Under the pieces are notes generated by a model. It was not told the DNA's origin. It did not search any database and saw nothing but the letters and a program-made list of their open reading frames with translations. Positions 26,776-40,612 of a stretch of DNA of 64,000 bases are shown here, piece after piece (position 1 is the stretch's first letter; every line of letters begins with the position of its first letter). The stretch is from Pecten maximus. Taxonomy: Eukaryota. Location of the stretch: assembly GCF_902652985.1 (NCBI RefSeq), contig NC_047030.1, positions 3,658,001 through 3,722,000 of the forward strand, given 5' to 3'. Position numbers and translations under genes: made by a program.

Positions 26776-28307
26776 TTATCACAACACCAACACGTGTTAA
26801 TATCACAACACCGACACGTGTTAATATCACAACACCTACACGTGTTATTATCACAACACCGACACGTGTTATTATCACAACACCTACACGTGTTATTATC
26901 ACAACACCTACACGTGTTATTATCACAACACATACACGTGTTCTTATCACAACACCGACACGTGTTATTATCACAACACATACACGTGTTATTATCACAA
27001 CACCGACACGTGTTCTTATCACAACACATACACGTGTTTTTATCACAACACCGACACGTGTTCTTATCACAACACCGACACGTGTTCTTATCACAACACA
27101 TACACGTGTTATTATCACAACACCGACACGTGTTATTATCACAACACCGACACGTGTTCTTATCACAACACCGACACGTGTTCTTATCACAACACATACA
27201 CGTGTTATTATCACAACACCGACACGTGTGATTATCACAACACCTACACGTGTTATTATCACAACACCGACACGTGTTATTATCACAACACATACACGTG
27301 TTATTATCACAACACCGACACGTGTTATTATCACAACACCTACACGTGTTATTATCACAACACATACACGTGTTTTTATCACAACACATACACGTGTTCT
27401 TATCACAACACCGACACGTGTTATTATCACAACACATACACGTGTTATTATCACAACACCGACACGTGTTCTTATCACAACACATACACGTGTTTTTATC
27501 ACAACACCGACACGTGTTCTTATCACAACACCGACACGTGTTCTTATCACAACACATACACGTGTTATTATCACAACACCGACACGTGTTATTATCACAA
27601 CACCGACACGTGTTCTTATCACAACACCGACACGTGTTCTTATCACAACACATACACGTGTTATTATCACAACACCGACACGTGTGATTATCACAACACA
27701 TACACGTGTTATTATCACAACACCGACACGTGTTCTTATCACAACACCTACACGTGTTATTATCACAACACATACACGTGTTCTTATCACAACACATACA
27801 CGTGTTCTTATCACAACACCGACACGTGTTATTATCACAACACCTACACGTGTTATTATCACAACACCGACACGTGTTATTATCACAACACCGACACGTG
27901 TTAATATCACATCACCGACACGTGTTAATATCACAACACCGACACGTGTTAATATCACAACACCGACACGTGTTAATATCACATCACCGACACGTGTTAT
28001 TATCACAACACCTACACGTGTTATTATCACAACACCGACACGTGTTAATATCACATCACCGACACGTGTTATTATCACAACACCTACACGTGTTATTATC
28101 ACAACACCGACACGTGTTAATATCACAACACCTACAAGTGTTAATATCACAACACCTACACGTGTCATTATCACAACACCTACTCGTGTAATTATCACAA
28201 CACCTACACGTGTTATTATCACAACACCTACACGTGTAATTATCACAACACCTACACGTGTCATTATCACAACACCTACACGTGTTATTATCACAACACC
28301 GACACGT
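26776..28307. repeat. 24-bp satellite (TTATCACAACACCGACACGTGTTA), about 64 copies, with 456-bp higher-order period
   Basis: No indels visible; ORFs start at 26794, 27250 and 27706 (spacing 456 = 19 units). Confidence 0.98.
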
Positions 28308-29114
28308 ATTATTTGTACTCATTGATTTCATTATAAAAAGTCATTATAGAAATATTATAGCATTTTCACATTATTCAGTGAATGGTTTCATTAAGGTAGC
28401 AAATCTAGTGACATTTTACAAGCATATACATCACTATTCTGCTGAAATGGAATGAAAGTAACTGGGCCAATATTTATAATATTTAATTTGTTTAGCTACG
28501 TATTAATTTCGCAAAACATGCGTAAACGCAAGTTTCAGGAGAACACAGAAAGCTCATGTGGATCAGACATACTGCACAAAATAGCCATTTTGCATTTCAA
28601 GGTCAAAAGAGAATCCATGTTCATGCATTTTTAAAGCCAAATCTAGTCAAACAAACAGGTAGCCTAACAAATTAAAAGTCATAAGTAAGACCCGAGGATA
28701 GCCCCATGATACATATTATCTATTGGTCAAGTTACTTCTGTTTAATTGCATCAGAATAGTGATTTATAGGCATGTGAAATCTTACTGGATTTGCTATTTA
28801 CATGAACCTTAAAACAGTGATATATCTTGTTCCTTGCTCGTATACTGTATATATACATGTACATACAATAACTTTTTCCCTATAGCTCTCTTTTTTAAAA
28901 CGGTAAAACCTACATATCTACCATACCATTCGTTTACATGTAGTGTACGTATAACCTGCATGTTTATTTAATGTAAAACCTCGATATCCCGCCTCTCAAC
29001 TATTTACATATGCACACTAAAATCACCATATAATATCCTTTTAAAGTAAAACCAATGTACATGTATAAAGCCCCTCGTTGAAAGTATGACACTGATATAT
29101 AGCCCTTTATGAAC

Positions 29115-29365
29115 TAGATATAACGTCCCTCGACAACTTTACACAATAAAACTTCGATATTACCCGCACTGACAACTATATACCATAAAACCTCGATATA
29201 ACACCCCTCGACAACTATGTACAATTAAACCTCGATATAACGCCCCTCGACAACTGTGTACGATAAAACCTCGATATAACGCCCCTCGACAACTTTACAC
29301 AATAAAACCTCGATATAACGCCCCTCGACAACTTTACACAATACAACATCGATAAAACACCCCTC
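29115..29365. repeat. 39-bp tandem repeat (ACAATAAAACCTCGATATAACGCCCCTCGACAACTTTAC), about 6 copies
   Basis: Direct inspection. Confidence 0.9.
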
Positions 29366-30156
29366 AGGGGTTTCAATACAAATTGTTATTTCTGTTCGTT
29401 TTTGCCCTCGTTTTACCGATATTGGGATAGAATTTAATACAGTTATGAAATAATGTCGATATTCTTTGTTATTCCCGTAAATATGCAACGTAACACTTAC
29501 ATACCTTCGTTTACATCTTCGAATACGATGGCCGATTGAGGACAAACAGTTTGTTAATGTATCATATTATAACGGGATCGCATCTCGTTATAACGAGTTG
29601 GTATCTTGTTATAACGACTTAGTTTCTCGTTATCTCGTGATCTGATTTGGCTTAGATTTGAGCGTCTTTATCAGGCACCAGAATAGTTAAACGTTTGTAC
29701 TATTGTCCTTTTTTCGCATAAAGATAGTCCTTTATTTTCTTCGAAAAATCATTCAATGTTAAAGAATTAGCAATCTGTAGGAATTGAACAAAAATGGACG
29801 TTAAAAGTTTTTATATTTCATCTTTTGTTCAAAGCTACCAACGTTCAATTTGTTTTTGGAACAATTTTTTAAAGTTTCTCTTTATAGATTTGATTTTCGT
29901 AACAGAGTTATGTAGCTCCTGTCAGACACGTGTTACATCGGTGATGCCTTGTACTGTATGGCCGGTTATAACTTATAAATAACATACAAAGTTATCATTT
30001 GGAATATTCATTATATCAAGCCTAAATTAGCATATTTTTAGAATCATTATAAATGCTAATGCAACGTATGATATTTGCAGACAACCCTTAAATTAGCGAG
30101 TCCACTATACATAAACCGACGTTGTAATAGACACCATCAGTTTATATATAGGACTC

Positions 30157-30374
30157 CAGGTAACCGCATCACTGGCGCGATACTTACCTGTCAGCAAATG
30201 AACTCACCTGAACGAATATACCTGTACGTACCTGAGAAATCAACACAGGTATTATAAGGGTATCGGAGGAGAGTGGAGATACCAGTGGTAGGAGATTCAA
30301 GCTTTAGAGATTTTGTTTTTACCTGAGAAACTTGTATAAGGCTATTACCGGTAAACTACCTGAAAGGTTACCTG
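30157..30374. promoter_or_regulatory. Homotypic cluster of CAGGTA/TACCTG (8 copies) plus one CACCTG in the putative promoter
   Basis: CAGGTA at 30157 and 30246; TACCTG at 30185, 30219, 30229, 30320, 30357 and 30369; CACCTG at 30205. The flanks are non-repetitive. Confidence 0.55.
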
Positions 30375-30860
30375 TGATTCGTCAGCACGTGGAGTATCCT
30401 ATAATACAACAGATCCGTGTTAGGTTTACCACAGAAGGTAATAAAACAGGAGAAAAAAAACTTTGAAAAAAATTGTCACCCGTGTACCAATCAGCTTCGT
30501 CATTTTAGTAGGATATACAACCTTGTGTGAGAACTGTGGACACTCTAAATCTGACGAGGATATTTATCATCTGTTTTTGAAAATCACTTTGAGGACCAAA
30601 ATCCACGAGATTTAAAGCTTTACTCAGGACAAGGAAAACATTTATGATAACGTCGGATACACATTCTAGTGAAATCCTCTACTGACGAAATTGACAGTTT
30701 GACTTTCGGTTTGTGAGAAGAGTGATTGAGGAGGAGGTACAGCGGATGAGGTAGAGAGGGACATCCTGGATTAAGTTACGTAATATTATCTGACAGAATC
30801 AATTCACCGACAGGTGGGTTGAACTTCACTGTCCAACTGGCGGCTACTTTAGGAGAGACA

Positions 30861-31234
30861 ATGATCTACACATTGACCCAGCAGCCAATAAACCCGGGGC
30901 TGACACAGCCCTTAGCCCCGGTATTCAGTCAGGGGGTCACACAGCCCCTATCGCAGGGACTAACTCAACAAATTAGCCAGCAACTTACTACGCAGCTTAC
31001 ACAACAACCCGTCAGCCCCGGGCTCAGCCCGGGGGTCAGTCCTTCAGGCCTCAGCCCCGTTGTGACACCCCCAGGTCTCAGCCCTGGACTAAATGGCGCT
31101 AACGGTCAGTTGGTCAGTGCGACCAGCCCGGGGGTGAGTCCAATTTCTCCCGTGGCGCCAATGTCTCTACAGCCTGGAATTATGCATCTTATAAACTATG
31201 GCGACAAGGACCTCGGACTCCTGCTATCACAGAG
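30861..31234 (+). CDS. Coding exon 1 of a zf-3CxxC (RTP/ZAR1-family) gene; low-complexity Q/P/S/G-rich N-terminus (MIYTLTQQPINPG...DKDLGLLLSQR)
   Basis: GC-rich ORF in an AT-rich background. ATG at 30861 (ACAATG context). Donor AG|GTAATC at 31234/31235 leaves phase 2, and AG plus the G at 49770 makes AGG (Arg), in frame with exon 2. Undetected small exons within the 18.5-kb intron cannot be excluded. Confidence 0.75.
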
Positions 31235-33201
31235 GTAATCTTTTAAACATTGTCATAAAACATCCGAATACATTGAGAAACAGGCATTTTATTCACATTC
31301 TCATATCCTGGTGTAGTGTTTAAAGAAATCGAGAGGCTTTGACGAATTGCATGAAAGAATCCTACAATGTAAATTAATATTCCTATACCGACCAGTATAT
31401 TTATTGGGTGATTAAACCAAACCTAACATGACATTCCCTTGTTTGAAAATTGGAAAGCCAACATCTCAACCGATTATAATTATGTCCCAGAAGACGGCCT
31501 TGTTGAACCAATATTTACATTGCGATGACAGAAAGTTGACAATACTTATCTCCTCTTACTCACAGGTAAACATGTCTTCAATGACGGAGCTATAATGAGC
31601 CGATCAAATATTTAAACTTGATCAGCCGGCGATGTACCGTTATGTCAAACTGCTAGTCGAGCTAATATTGACACTACCGGCCGGACAGTTTAGAATTAAG
31701 TTAATTTAGATTTAAACAATAAGTCAGTGTATAACAGAAGCTCAATGTGTCTAAAACGAACGTTAATTACGAAACTAATTACAGTATTTTTTGATACAAG
31801 CTAATCTTTTATTAAACATATCCATACAAGATGGCTTTTAAATCTTTTGAACTTGTACATAACGCTTTCCACGCTGCTACAAATGTACGCATTAACATTT
31901 CAAAACACGATACATGAATATGCGTCAATTGACACAACAAAAAGTGTGAAAACTGTTTGAAAAGATAGACTTGTATGCCATTTGAATTTGGAGAAATATC
32001 CCGACTACCCCTCCCTCCCGGCTAGTCATGTATACATATCATGTTTAGAGTGTCCATGTTATCGCCAGGAGAAGTAGCCTCCCATACTTGAGCATTATTG
32101 ACACAGGGTAGACAAACTAAGATAGCGCGTGATATATGACGAGCCCCTAATTCTTCTGCACCCGTACAGTTCCTTTATTGCCCTTGGATGTCGTCCATAC
32201 GCTTACCTGTTACTACCTGTGATTGTCTGCTAACTGTCTGTGTATCTTTACAAGTACATAGCAAACTATTTCCTCCTCAGTCTTCTGTAAGGGTTATCTC
32301 CCCTTTTCTAACATTAATGGGCGATAACTCTAACTGTGAGAATGTCTTTGCCTGTCAAACCGTGAATCGTCTGCTTCATTAACCAAATACCCTTTGGTTT
32401 CTCCATCGGTAACCACATCGAGTCGACATTGACTACCATTAAGTCAATTTCTGACAAAAACTACTGTTCTAATGCGTTAACATTTAAGTCATAGGATTAT
32501 CAGTTTGGGTGCATAGTCTAATTTACGAATATTCCTTGAATCGTCAAGATTGCAAAAACACCATGGACAGTTTTTTTTCTTTTAAAAGGACATTGAAGAC
32601 ATTTCATCGGAATACAAATTACGCATCAAAAAGTCTGAATATTTCAAAAGATAATTGTTATTTAGATGTTAATCAATTAATTAATTACAACGAAATCCAT
32701 AAATGGCAAACCAGATAATTCGCAGGCAGGATTCAGATTACAAAAACCTATGCTGGTAATCACACATACCGAGTAAATCAAAAATATAAAGATAAAATAG
32801 AGTTAGACAGAAGTCTCCGTTGTTATCTTACACATTAAAACTACATGCACTAACAGTAGAGTTCAGCCCTGTGTCCAGGCTTCTCCTCTGTCTTTCGTTC
32901 CTGAGATATAGCAGAGACCATAATTGATCTGCTGTCTCTAGTACAATGCTTGACTTTCTTTCTTTCTTTCTTTCTTTCTTGAATCAAATCAGAGATCAAG
33001 GAACAAATGTCAACCCGGAGTCCTTTTCCTAATATTGCAAGAACTATGAGACGGCATTTGTAACATCAGACAAAGTCATTCCAATCTCCACCAACTTCCG
33101 AGTTGCATCTAATCCTTTATGTCTAGCAAATATGACAATTTGTCCTGATATATTTGACATTTGAAAGAAAAACTTTTTTTCTCTCGTTTTGTCAAATGCG
33201 A

Positions 33202-33564
33202 TACATTGTCATATTTGGTATATTGTCACATTCGGTACATTGTCACATTCGGTATATTGTCACATTTGGTACATTGTCACATTCGGTATATTGTCACATT
33301 CGGTACATTGTCACATTCGATACATTGTCACATTCGGTATATTGTCACATTCGGTATATTGTCACATTCGGTACATTGTCACATTCGGTATATTGTCACA
33401 TTCGGTACATTGTCACATTCGGTACATTGTCACATTCGGTACATTGTCACATTCGGTACATTGTCACATTCGGTATATTGTCACATTTGGTATATTGTCA
33501 CATTCGGTACATTGTCACATTCGGTACATTGTCACATTCGGTACATTGTCACATTCGGTACATT
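33202..33564. repeat. 17-bp tandem repeat (TACATTGTCACATTCGG), about 21 copies, intronic
   Basis: Direct inspection. Confidence 0.97.
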
Positions 33565-36500
33565 TAAACAGTATTGAAACTAAAACATGACCAGGCAAGG
33601 CTGTTAACACTTAAAAACCGTAGTAAATATATTTGCCTTATTTTGAGATATTCTAATTAAAAAAATGAAGCGATCCCTTTGAAATCATTCATCCGTGAAT
33701 GAACACAGATATGAACGATAACTGTTACATAGTCCATCAAAGCGTTACATTTTAGGATTTTTAATTTTAAAACGCGCGTTTCATTTTGTATGTTAATGAA
33801 TTAAATGTAATCTATATTTTTTACTTATTAAGCATATCAGGTCATGCTAAAAGCACACATTTATACTTATTATAACTTAAAAAAAGATAAATACATGTAA
33901 AAGCTTGTTTGACATTTTAACTTACTTGTACCATAATAAAATATGCGTAATGTGGTTTGTACACGTGGCAGACCGTCCAAAACAGTGTTAAAATCAAGCC
34001 AAACATGGCATATACATCAATGTCCAACGGCCCTTGACGAAACTTTAATTAATCTAACACTGTTATTTTGCTGTCATCGTGGAGGTAAAGTAGCCCACTT
34101 AAGGGAACGACTTGGGAGTATAGGACCCTTGAAAGGTAACGCTATGCGACAGGAACCTATAAGCGGCTACGCTACAACAGGTCAAGCGAGACACTTCATA
34201 TACCTCACTAACAAATGGGTATTTTTTTGACTTCGGACGAAAAACAGTTCATTGACATCCCGAGTAGACGTATGCTGGGTTTTTGTTTGTTTGTTTGTTT
34301 TTGCAATTGAAAAGATTTTTGTAAATAATGAATCCCAAAATAAGATACAGGACCAAGTCATTGTTTTAAAATTCGCTGTCTAAGCAAGTTCCGGGTTCCA
34401 CAAATTTTGTCTGTGACCGTCATACATACATTCCAACACTTGGCAAGGAGACGTGGTGAAGAACTCCAATGCATTAAACGTTTTAAAACACCTTCGTCGT
34501 ACATTTTGACATGCTGCATATGATTAATTAACATAACTTTATTGTATTTGTCTGTCAACGTGGCCCTTGATTAATCACGTGACCCTTTATTAATCTGTAA
34601 GTAAGGTGTACAGTGTGTCACTGTCTAATATTAAACGCACCAAGCGCACATTGTAACTTGTCATCATTAGCATACTTACACACTGTACTGAACATGACAT
34701 CTACTGTTACGTTCTTAGATTCTTTTAAAATTAAATTGCCTGTGGCTTTTCGCTAGAAGATATTTACACTTAATTTCGATATCATCTGATAGATTTATGG
34801 ATTGAGCAAACAGTAAAACCTGAAGAATTGAACTCTTTAACCATAATTTTAAGTAAATGACAAAGGTCAAATTTATCTATTTAAATTTTAGCAGAAGGTC
34901 AATGTACCTAAATGATGCGGATCTTTATCGTGTATCAAAGTCATTCAAGGTGAAAACAGCATCGATGACCCGCTGACCTCTGTAATGTATTTGGTTCTTA
35001 GTTACAAGATGGTGTCGACTTTCTCGTTTGAAACTTTGATATTTCTGACGATCCTCGACCTCAAGACGTCCTCTGTGTGTCTTTCCTGAGAATTATAAGA
35101 TATCTACATGTATATATGTGTGACGCCCGAGAGAACAGTGTTACCTAGACTTACACTGGCTAACGTATGTTAGTCTTGAATATACACGTGCCAAGTTTAA
35201 TTCATAAATAAATAGATAGATAGATAGATAAAAAAGTAAATAGATCAATAAATAAGTAAATAATAACTAAATAAATAGATAATATCAAAATTTCAAAATA
35301 AATAATAAAGGCCTTTTGAATCACATGGCATATTCATATATATATATATTTTTTTTCATTCAAAAATTAGAAATTGTGATTTTATTTTTCGTTTTCTAAT
35401 TAAGATGTAACAATGACTGCAAAACACAGTATAGGTATTTTAAGGCACTTTAAATATGAATCCAGTAATTGATAACATTAATCTGCATTATAGAGCAGCC
35501 TCTCCTTGTAGGACTTGCGTGTGATGTCAGGGGTCAAAAATATGGATATACATGTATCTAAAAGGGGAGATGGGGGAAATAGGCATGAACAACATTAGCC
35601 GATATAGAAAATTCTATCTACTTCCACACTAGTGCAATGGATTCGATGATATTTTTTAAAGTTATTACATAGATATTCATAGGGATTTAGATGTGGCGTG
35701 GTAACGTCAAACTATCAATTTAATCAATCGTTTTACTCGTCACTCAAACTCAACGAAATATTCATTATTTCTATGCAAATAAAACTATGACTGTACATGG
35801 TAATATCGTCTGCAGTGCGAACACAATGACATTTTTTATTATGACAGGTAGTTTGTACCTTTGAACCTAACAGTCAGCGAGGAAGTGCATTGTCTGATTA
35901 AGTTATATAAATTATAGGTTTATAGCTGCAGTCGCATGACTCACTGACACTCGTTTAGGAAGAGAACAACATGTATATATATATATACATGTCAATTTCA
36001 AGGTCAGGAAGTAGGGCGATCAAGGACAACGCAGACGATGTCATATTTGTCAAAATTTGATCGTTGACACGAAATTCAAAATTTTGCCGCGATGTGACCT
36101 ACGACTCCGTGTTATAGAACCGCCTCTTCCCTTGATTTGCATAAACAGATACAAGAAAGCGCGCGCGCTCGTCACAATCTCTGCCCTTGACGGATAATAT
36201 GACCATTAAGAGTGCGAACCAATTTATAAAGTTTAATTAAATTACCGTTGGATTAAAAATGTGCGTTCTTTAAGAGTGAGACAGAAAATGAAAAAAAAAA
36301 AAAAAAATGAAAATGAAAATAGCGCTGACTGTCTGGCCGTGGATTGATATTAAATATGAAACCAGATATAAATAGCTTGGTTAGTTATTCACATGCTGAA
36401 GGATTTCGAATACAATAATGGGCGATAACTCTGCATATTTGATAACACGAAGAGCTAAATGAATTGTTTGATATTTAATGTTTCAACACACTATTAATAA

Positions 36501-39269
36501 TTGAAATATTTACACCATTCATTTTAATATGACATATGAGTATACAATGAATGGTAGAACGTCGTTTTCATCTTCAAAGGATAATGTATCCTACAACAAC
36601 CAAAAGGGTGTTCGAATTTTGAAAAGTAGTCCATGTAAGTGAAAGGTTTTCTGTCATTGTAATTAACATATGATTGAATTCATTATAAACATTATACCCT
36701 GGTACTCATACAATAGGATGTTAACTATGTTTTTATCTGTCAACATAAACAATGTCGATTTACAAGATCATGATGATTACATATTAATCTGGTTTTCTGC
36801 CGAAGGAAAGAAACAATTTTGAGGGGGAAACCATTTTTTCAGATATCAATTTAAAACCTATAACTAAACATTCACGACCCGTCATGAACCTATATCTTCA
36901 AGTTGTTTATGTTATTATTATCAGTATTAAGATCTTCATAGCTGAAGTATTCTCATCCTTAACCGAGGACGATACTACGTGCTTGATATCTGCGTAGGCA
37001 TAACGTCAATTTAACTAAAGTGTATTTCGAAACCAGTATCCAATCATAACTTGAGATCATCATGATGTTTGAATAATGCTGATTATTGACAAAAGCCAGG
37101 TATAAAAATAGCCGTAACTATACAGCGCTGTACTTTACCATCACGACTCTCACACTCGACTGGTTACTAGGTATTCCTTTGTGATATACCTCGTTTAGAT
37201 ACATGTACATACATCTATCTATTCATAAATCTGAATTTGTGGATTTATTTTCCTCTGTTTTATGGACATACGGCCATATCTTGTCGAATAAACGATTACT
37301 AATATTAACTTTTGGTTTCATATTACTTTATTAGTTCAGCCGTTCGATAGAAAGCTGGTGATACATGTGGTAAATGATGTGCTTGTTGTCGCGTGCTTTT
37401 TCTTATGTTTAACCACGAAGTAAAGAATTAACAGAACATTGCGGACAATACCAAGTACTTCCGATTTTGATTCTCTTATTTTTCTCTCTCTCGTTTTATG
37501 ATTTCATAATTTGTTCAAACAAAACAACATACAAAGTAAATAACTTGACAAATCAAACTCTATAAAAAAGTCAAGCATTTAAAACAGAATTTGTGTGAAT
37601 CACTTAACTCTAACATTGATATGTGTATAGAAGTATGTTTTGCACAGGGACCCCATAATTGGTTGTATGCAGACGTATGATGACATTTATACTAAAATAC
37701 AACCACCTTGTATATAAAACATAACACATTTTAACCCCTGACTGATATGCTGAAATCTAAGACAGAGATTGTACACATGTAGGATGTCATTCATTATTAT
37801 CATTATTATCTAATCCTTATTGTTGTCTTAAAAATCTGATAAATTTGTGTTGACACAGTATCATCAAACATGTTAAGTTACCCTAGTGTGATGTCGTATC
37901 TATAAGAGGACGTCCGTTAAAACCCGGACTATGGTCATCATATGTGACGTATATGGTGGCTGATTACGTCCATTAAAACCCGGACTATGGTCATCATATG
38001 TGACGTCCATCTCGTGTTGGCGCTTTGGCGCATTCTCAAACCGCGACAAAGCGAGATTTAAGAGATGAAATGTCGTCATGTCGCGTTTTTAAACCGCGCC
38101 AACACGACAAAGTGCCAACACGACAAAGTGCCAACACGACAAAGTGCCAACTCGCCAAAGCGAAATGGCCGCAATTAGCCACCATAGATATAAGTTGGAG
38201 TCGTACACTGACGAAAATCATTGTTAGGCAGTGAAACAAATATTCTTCGACATGATGTTAATCGTAGCGAACTTATTGTGAGTAATCTGCTGACGATTTT
38301 AAACCAACTCACTGTTGTCCACCGACAGCCGCGACTTAATGGTTAATCAATAACGAAAATAGCGCGCGGTTACCACGTGACTAGCATTAAGTTTAGGCAT
38401 CAAACAGCAAATTGTTCAGAAATATAATCCTTTAATTTGAAGAGGATTGCAAATTGATATCATTACACGCGTTTTGATAATTTTCCCGATCCTGTTCTGG
38501 TTTATCACACGATAATCCTGCGAGGAATGAAATCCTGTACCCGCTTTTACTATCTATAGTATAATTTTACTGCTTCTTATTCTAAAAATTGATATTAAAT
38601 GACGCCTCGTTTATCAAATGAAAGTCATTAAATTCACATGCTTCCGGTTCATATGCTGGTGACGTAACAATTACAATGACGTCATGATAATCTCATCACA
38701 ATACAAGGTTTGGGTTTGGTATTCTGTTTTAAGGACGGCGAAAATACAACGTACTGTGCATCTTAATTGAATAAAGAAATCATAGCGATTTATACAATAC
38801 TCAGTGAACAGTACTTCCGCGTTCCTCTAGTAAATCAAATTACAAATATATGTACAGGTATGCCTTGAATTTCGTCTTCACTTTTGCCGAGGTAACTATT
38901 CTCAAAGTGAGTCTGATCTGTTGTCAGTTATCAAATTAATTTTCCACATAAACTTATAAATACTGCCACTATTCCCTAACACTGATGCTATCTTGTCCAA
39001 ACTCCTATTTACAAAAGATAATATCTTTTCATCGTCGACCTGCTTTGGTAATGAATTCACAAAACTTCGCAAAAAAGCCTGACTACCCGACAGCTCTCGT
39101 TACATGTAGAATATCTTTGAGGCCCCTAATTGGGGAACGTTACTTTGTAAATTCACATATTTAAATCAGAAACCAATCCTATTATTTAAAATAAAAATAA
39201 AGTTTAGTAATTTGTAATTAATGCAGCATATTTTGTTGAAATTCACAACACTTCTATTTTCACCCCATT

Positions 39270-39485
39270 CCGCGGTGGCCGAGTGGTTAAGGTGTACCGA
39301 CACTTTATCACTAGCCCTCCACCACTGGGTTGCGAGTTCGAAACCTACGTGGGGCAGTTGCCAGGTACTGACCGTAGGCCGGTGGTTTTTCTCCGGGTAC
39401 TCCGGCTTTCCTCCACCTCCAAAACCTGGCACGTCCTTAAATGACCCTGGCTGTTAATAGGACGTTAAACAAAAACAATCCAAAC
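39270..39485 (+). mobile_element. Full-length tRNA-derived SINE with V-domain-like core
   Basis: Pol III A box TGGCCGAGTGG (39276) and B box GAGTTCGAAAC (39334); central GGTTTTTCTCCGGGTACTCCGGCTTTCCTCCAC resembling the V-SINE core; 3' tail GGACGTTAAACAAAAACAA shared with other copies in the window. Confidence 0.9.
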
Positions 39486-40612
39486 GCCTTGCGTAAATAT
39501 CTTAAGGTCATCGTATAATACTCCTATAGCGAACTCCCAGAGATCACCTGACATATGCCTGATATGCCCCCGACAGGAATCGAACCCGCCATGATAATCC
39601 ACATGCTCTTTCATCTAAGCCAAATCCACGTTCACTTCGACTGTTGATAACGACCACTCTACAGACATTGTGACGGACGTCAAGGTAGAAATAAACAATC
39701 ACACGACACTCTTACTGGTGGTTGAAGCATTCCTATCGTGTCCTGCTTCAAATATTCATAATATTGGTATCTTTTGCTATGAGTTGGTCTGAACCTGTGC
39801 AAGAAACCAACGAGGTAAAGGGGGGAAAACCAGTAAGACACGCAAAGCACGTGCATTTTACTGATGTACTCTATGTACAAATCCTGTATCTGAGAACAAG
39901 CTTTAGTCCGTGCGATCATCATTGTTACACTGTATCTGTACACTTCGTAGGTCCTTGTCGTTTTTTTCGATAGTTTGTATATCAACAATATTTTGTATTG
40001 CATTTTGACTTCCTTTATACGACCACTTCTTCAAAATTAACCCTAAAAGGTGTCAATGTTTCGGAATGTAGGATTTAGAGCCAATGAGTAGACTTTTACA
40101 CAAAACATTTTCTACCCGAAATATCATGTAATTGTGTAATGCTGAAAAAGCGAGACGAGGTGAGGATCTCAGAAACGAAATCGCGTGAGAAGTAAATTTA
40201 TGGCGAGAGGTCAGGTTTCTTAAATATATACGATACATTCAAAGTCAGATAATGTAAAAGAAAAGGAATTAAAATGTAATTAGCATTGCCAGGGTATGAA
40301 AAATATCTTCAAAAGAAACCATTTGACAATGAGTTTGTATAGAAATATGAAGAAGACCCCTTCCCCTAAAAAAAAAAAAAAAAAAACGAAAACAAAAACA
40401 GAAAAAAACCCAAGTTTATCATGTTAGTATCCACACACATATAACAATGCATAGGCGAATAAATGATACCTTATCCGTGGTCCGTCTCGCGACATCGTCA
40501 AACCTTAGACATCACCTAAATTTGACATATCTTATCATAAAAAAAAAATCGTGACGCGCTAAGCAGATTTTTAGTTAAAAAAAACAACAGATGATAGATG
40601 TGTCTACTTACC

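Noticed and set aside
26688-28331. Cys-rich metallothionein-like ORF (CCDNNTCR)n and mucin-like ORF (ITTPTRV)n
   Set aside because: Several frames on both strands are open because the 24-bp unit lacks stops in them; there is no unique coding flank or splice context.
30819-30860. ORF-track TTG start extending exon 1
   Set aside because: Prokaryotic-style alternative start; the first ATG in good context is at 30861.
39270-39350. tRNA gene
   Set aside because: A and B boxes are present, but the sequence continues into a SINE core and tail with no proper acceptor stem or poly-T terminator.
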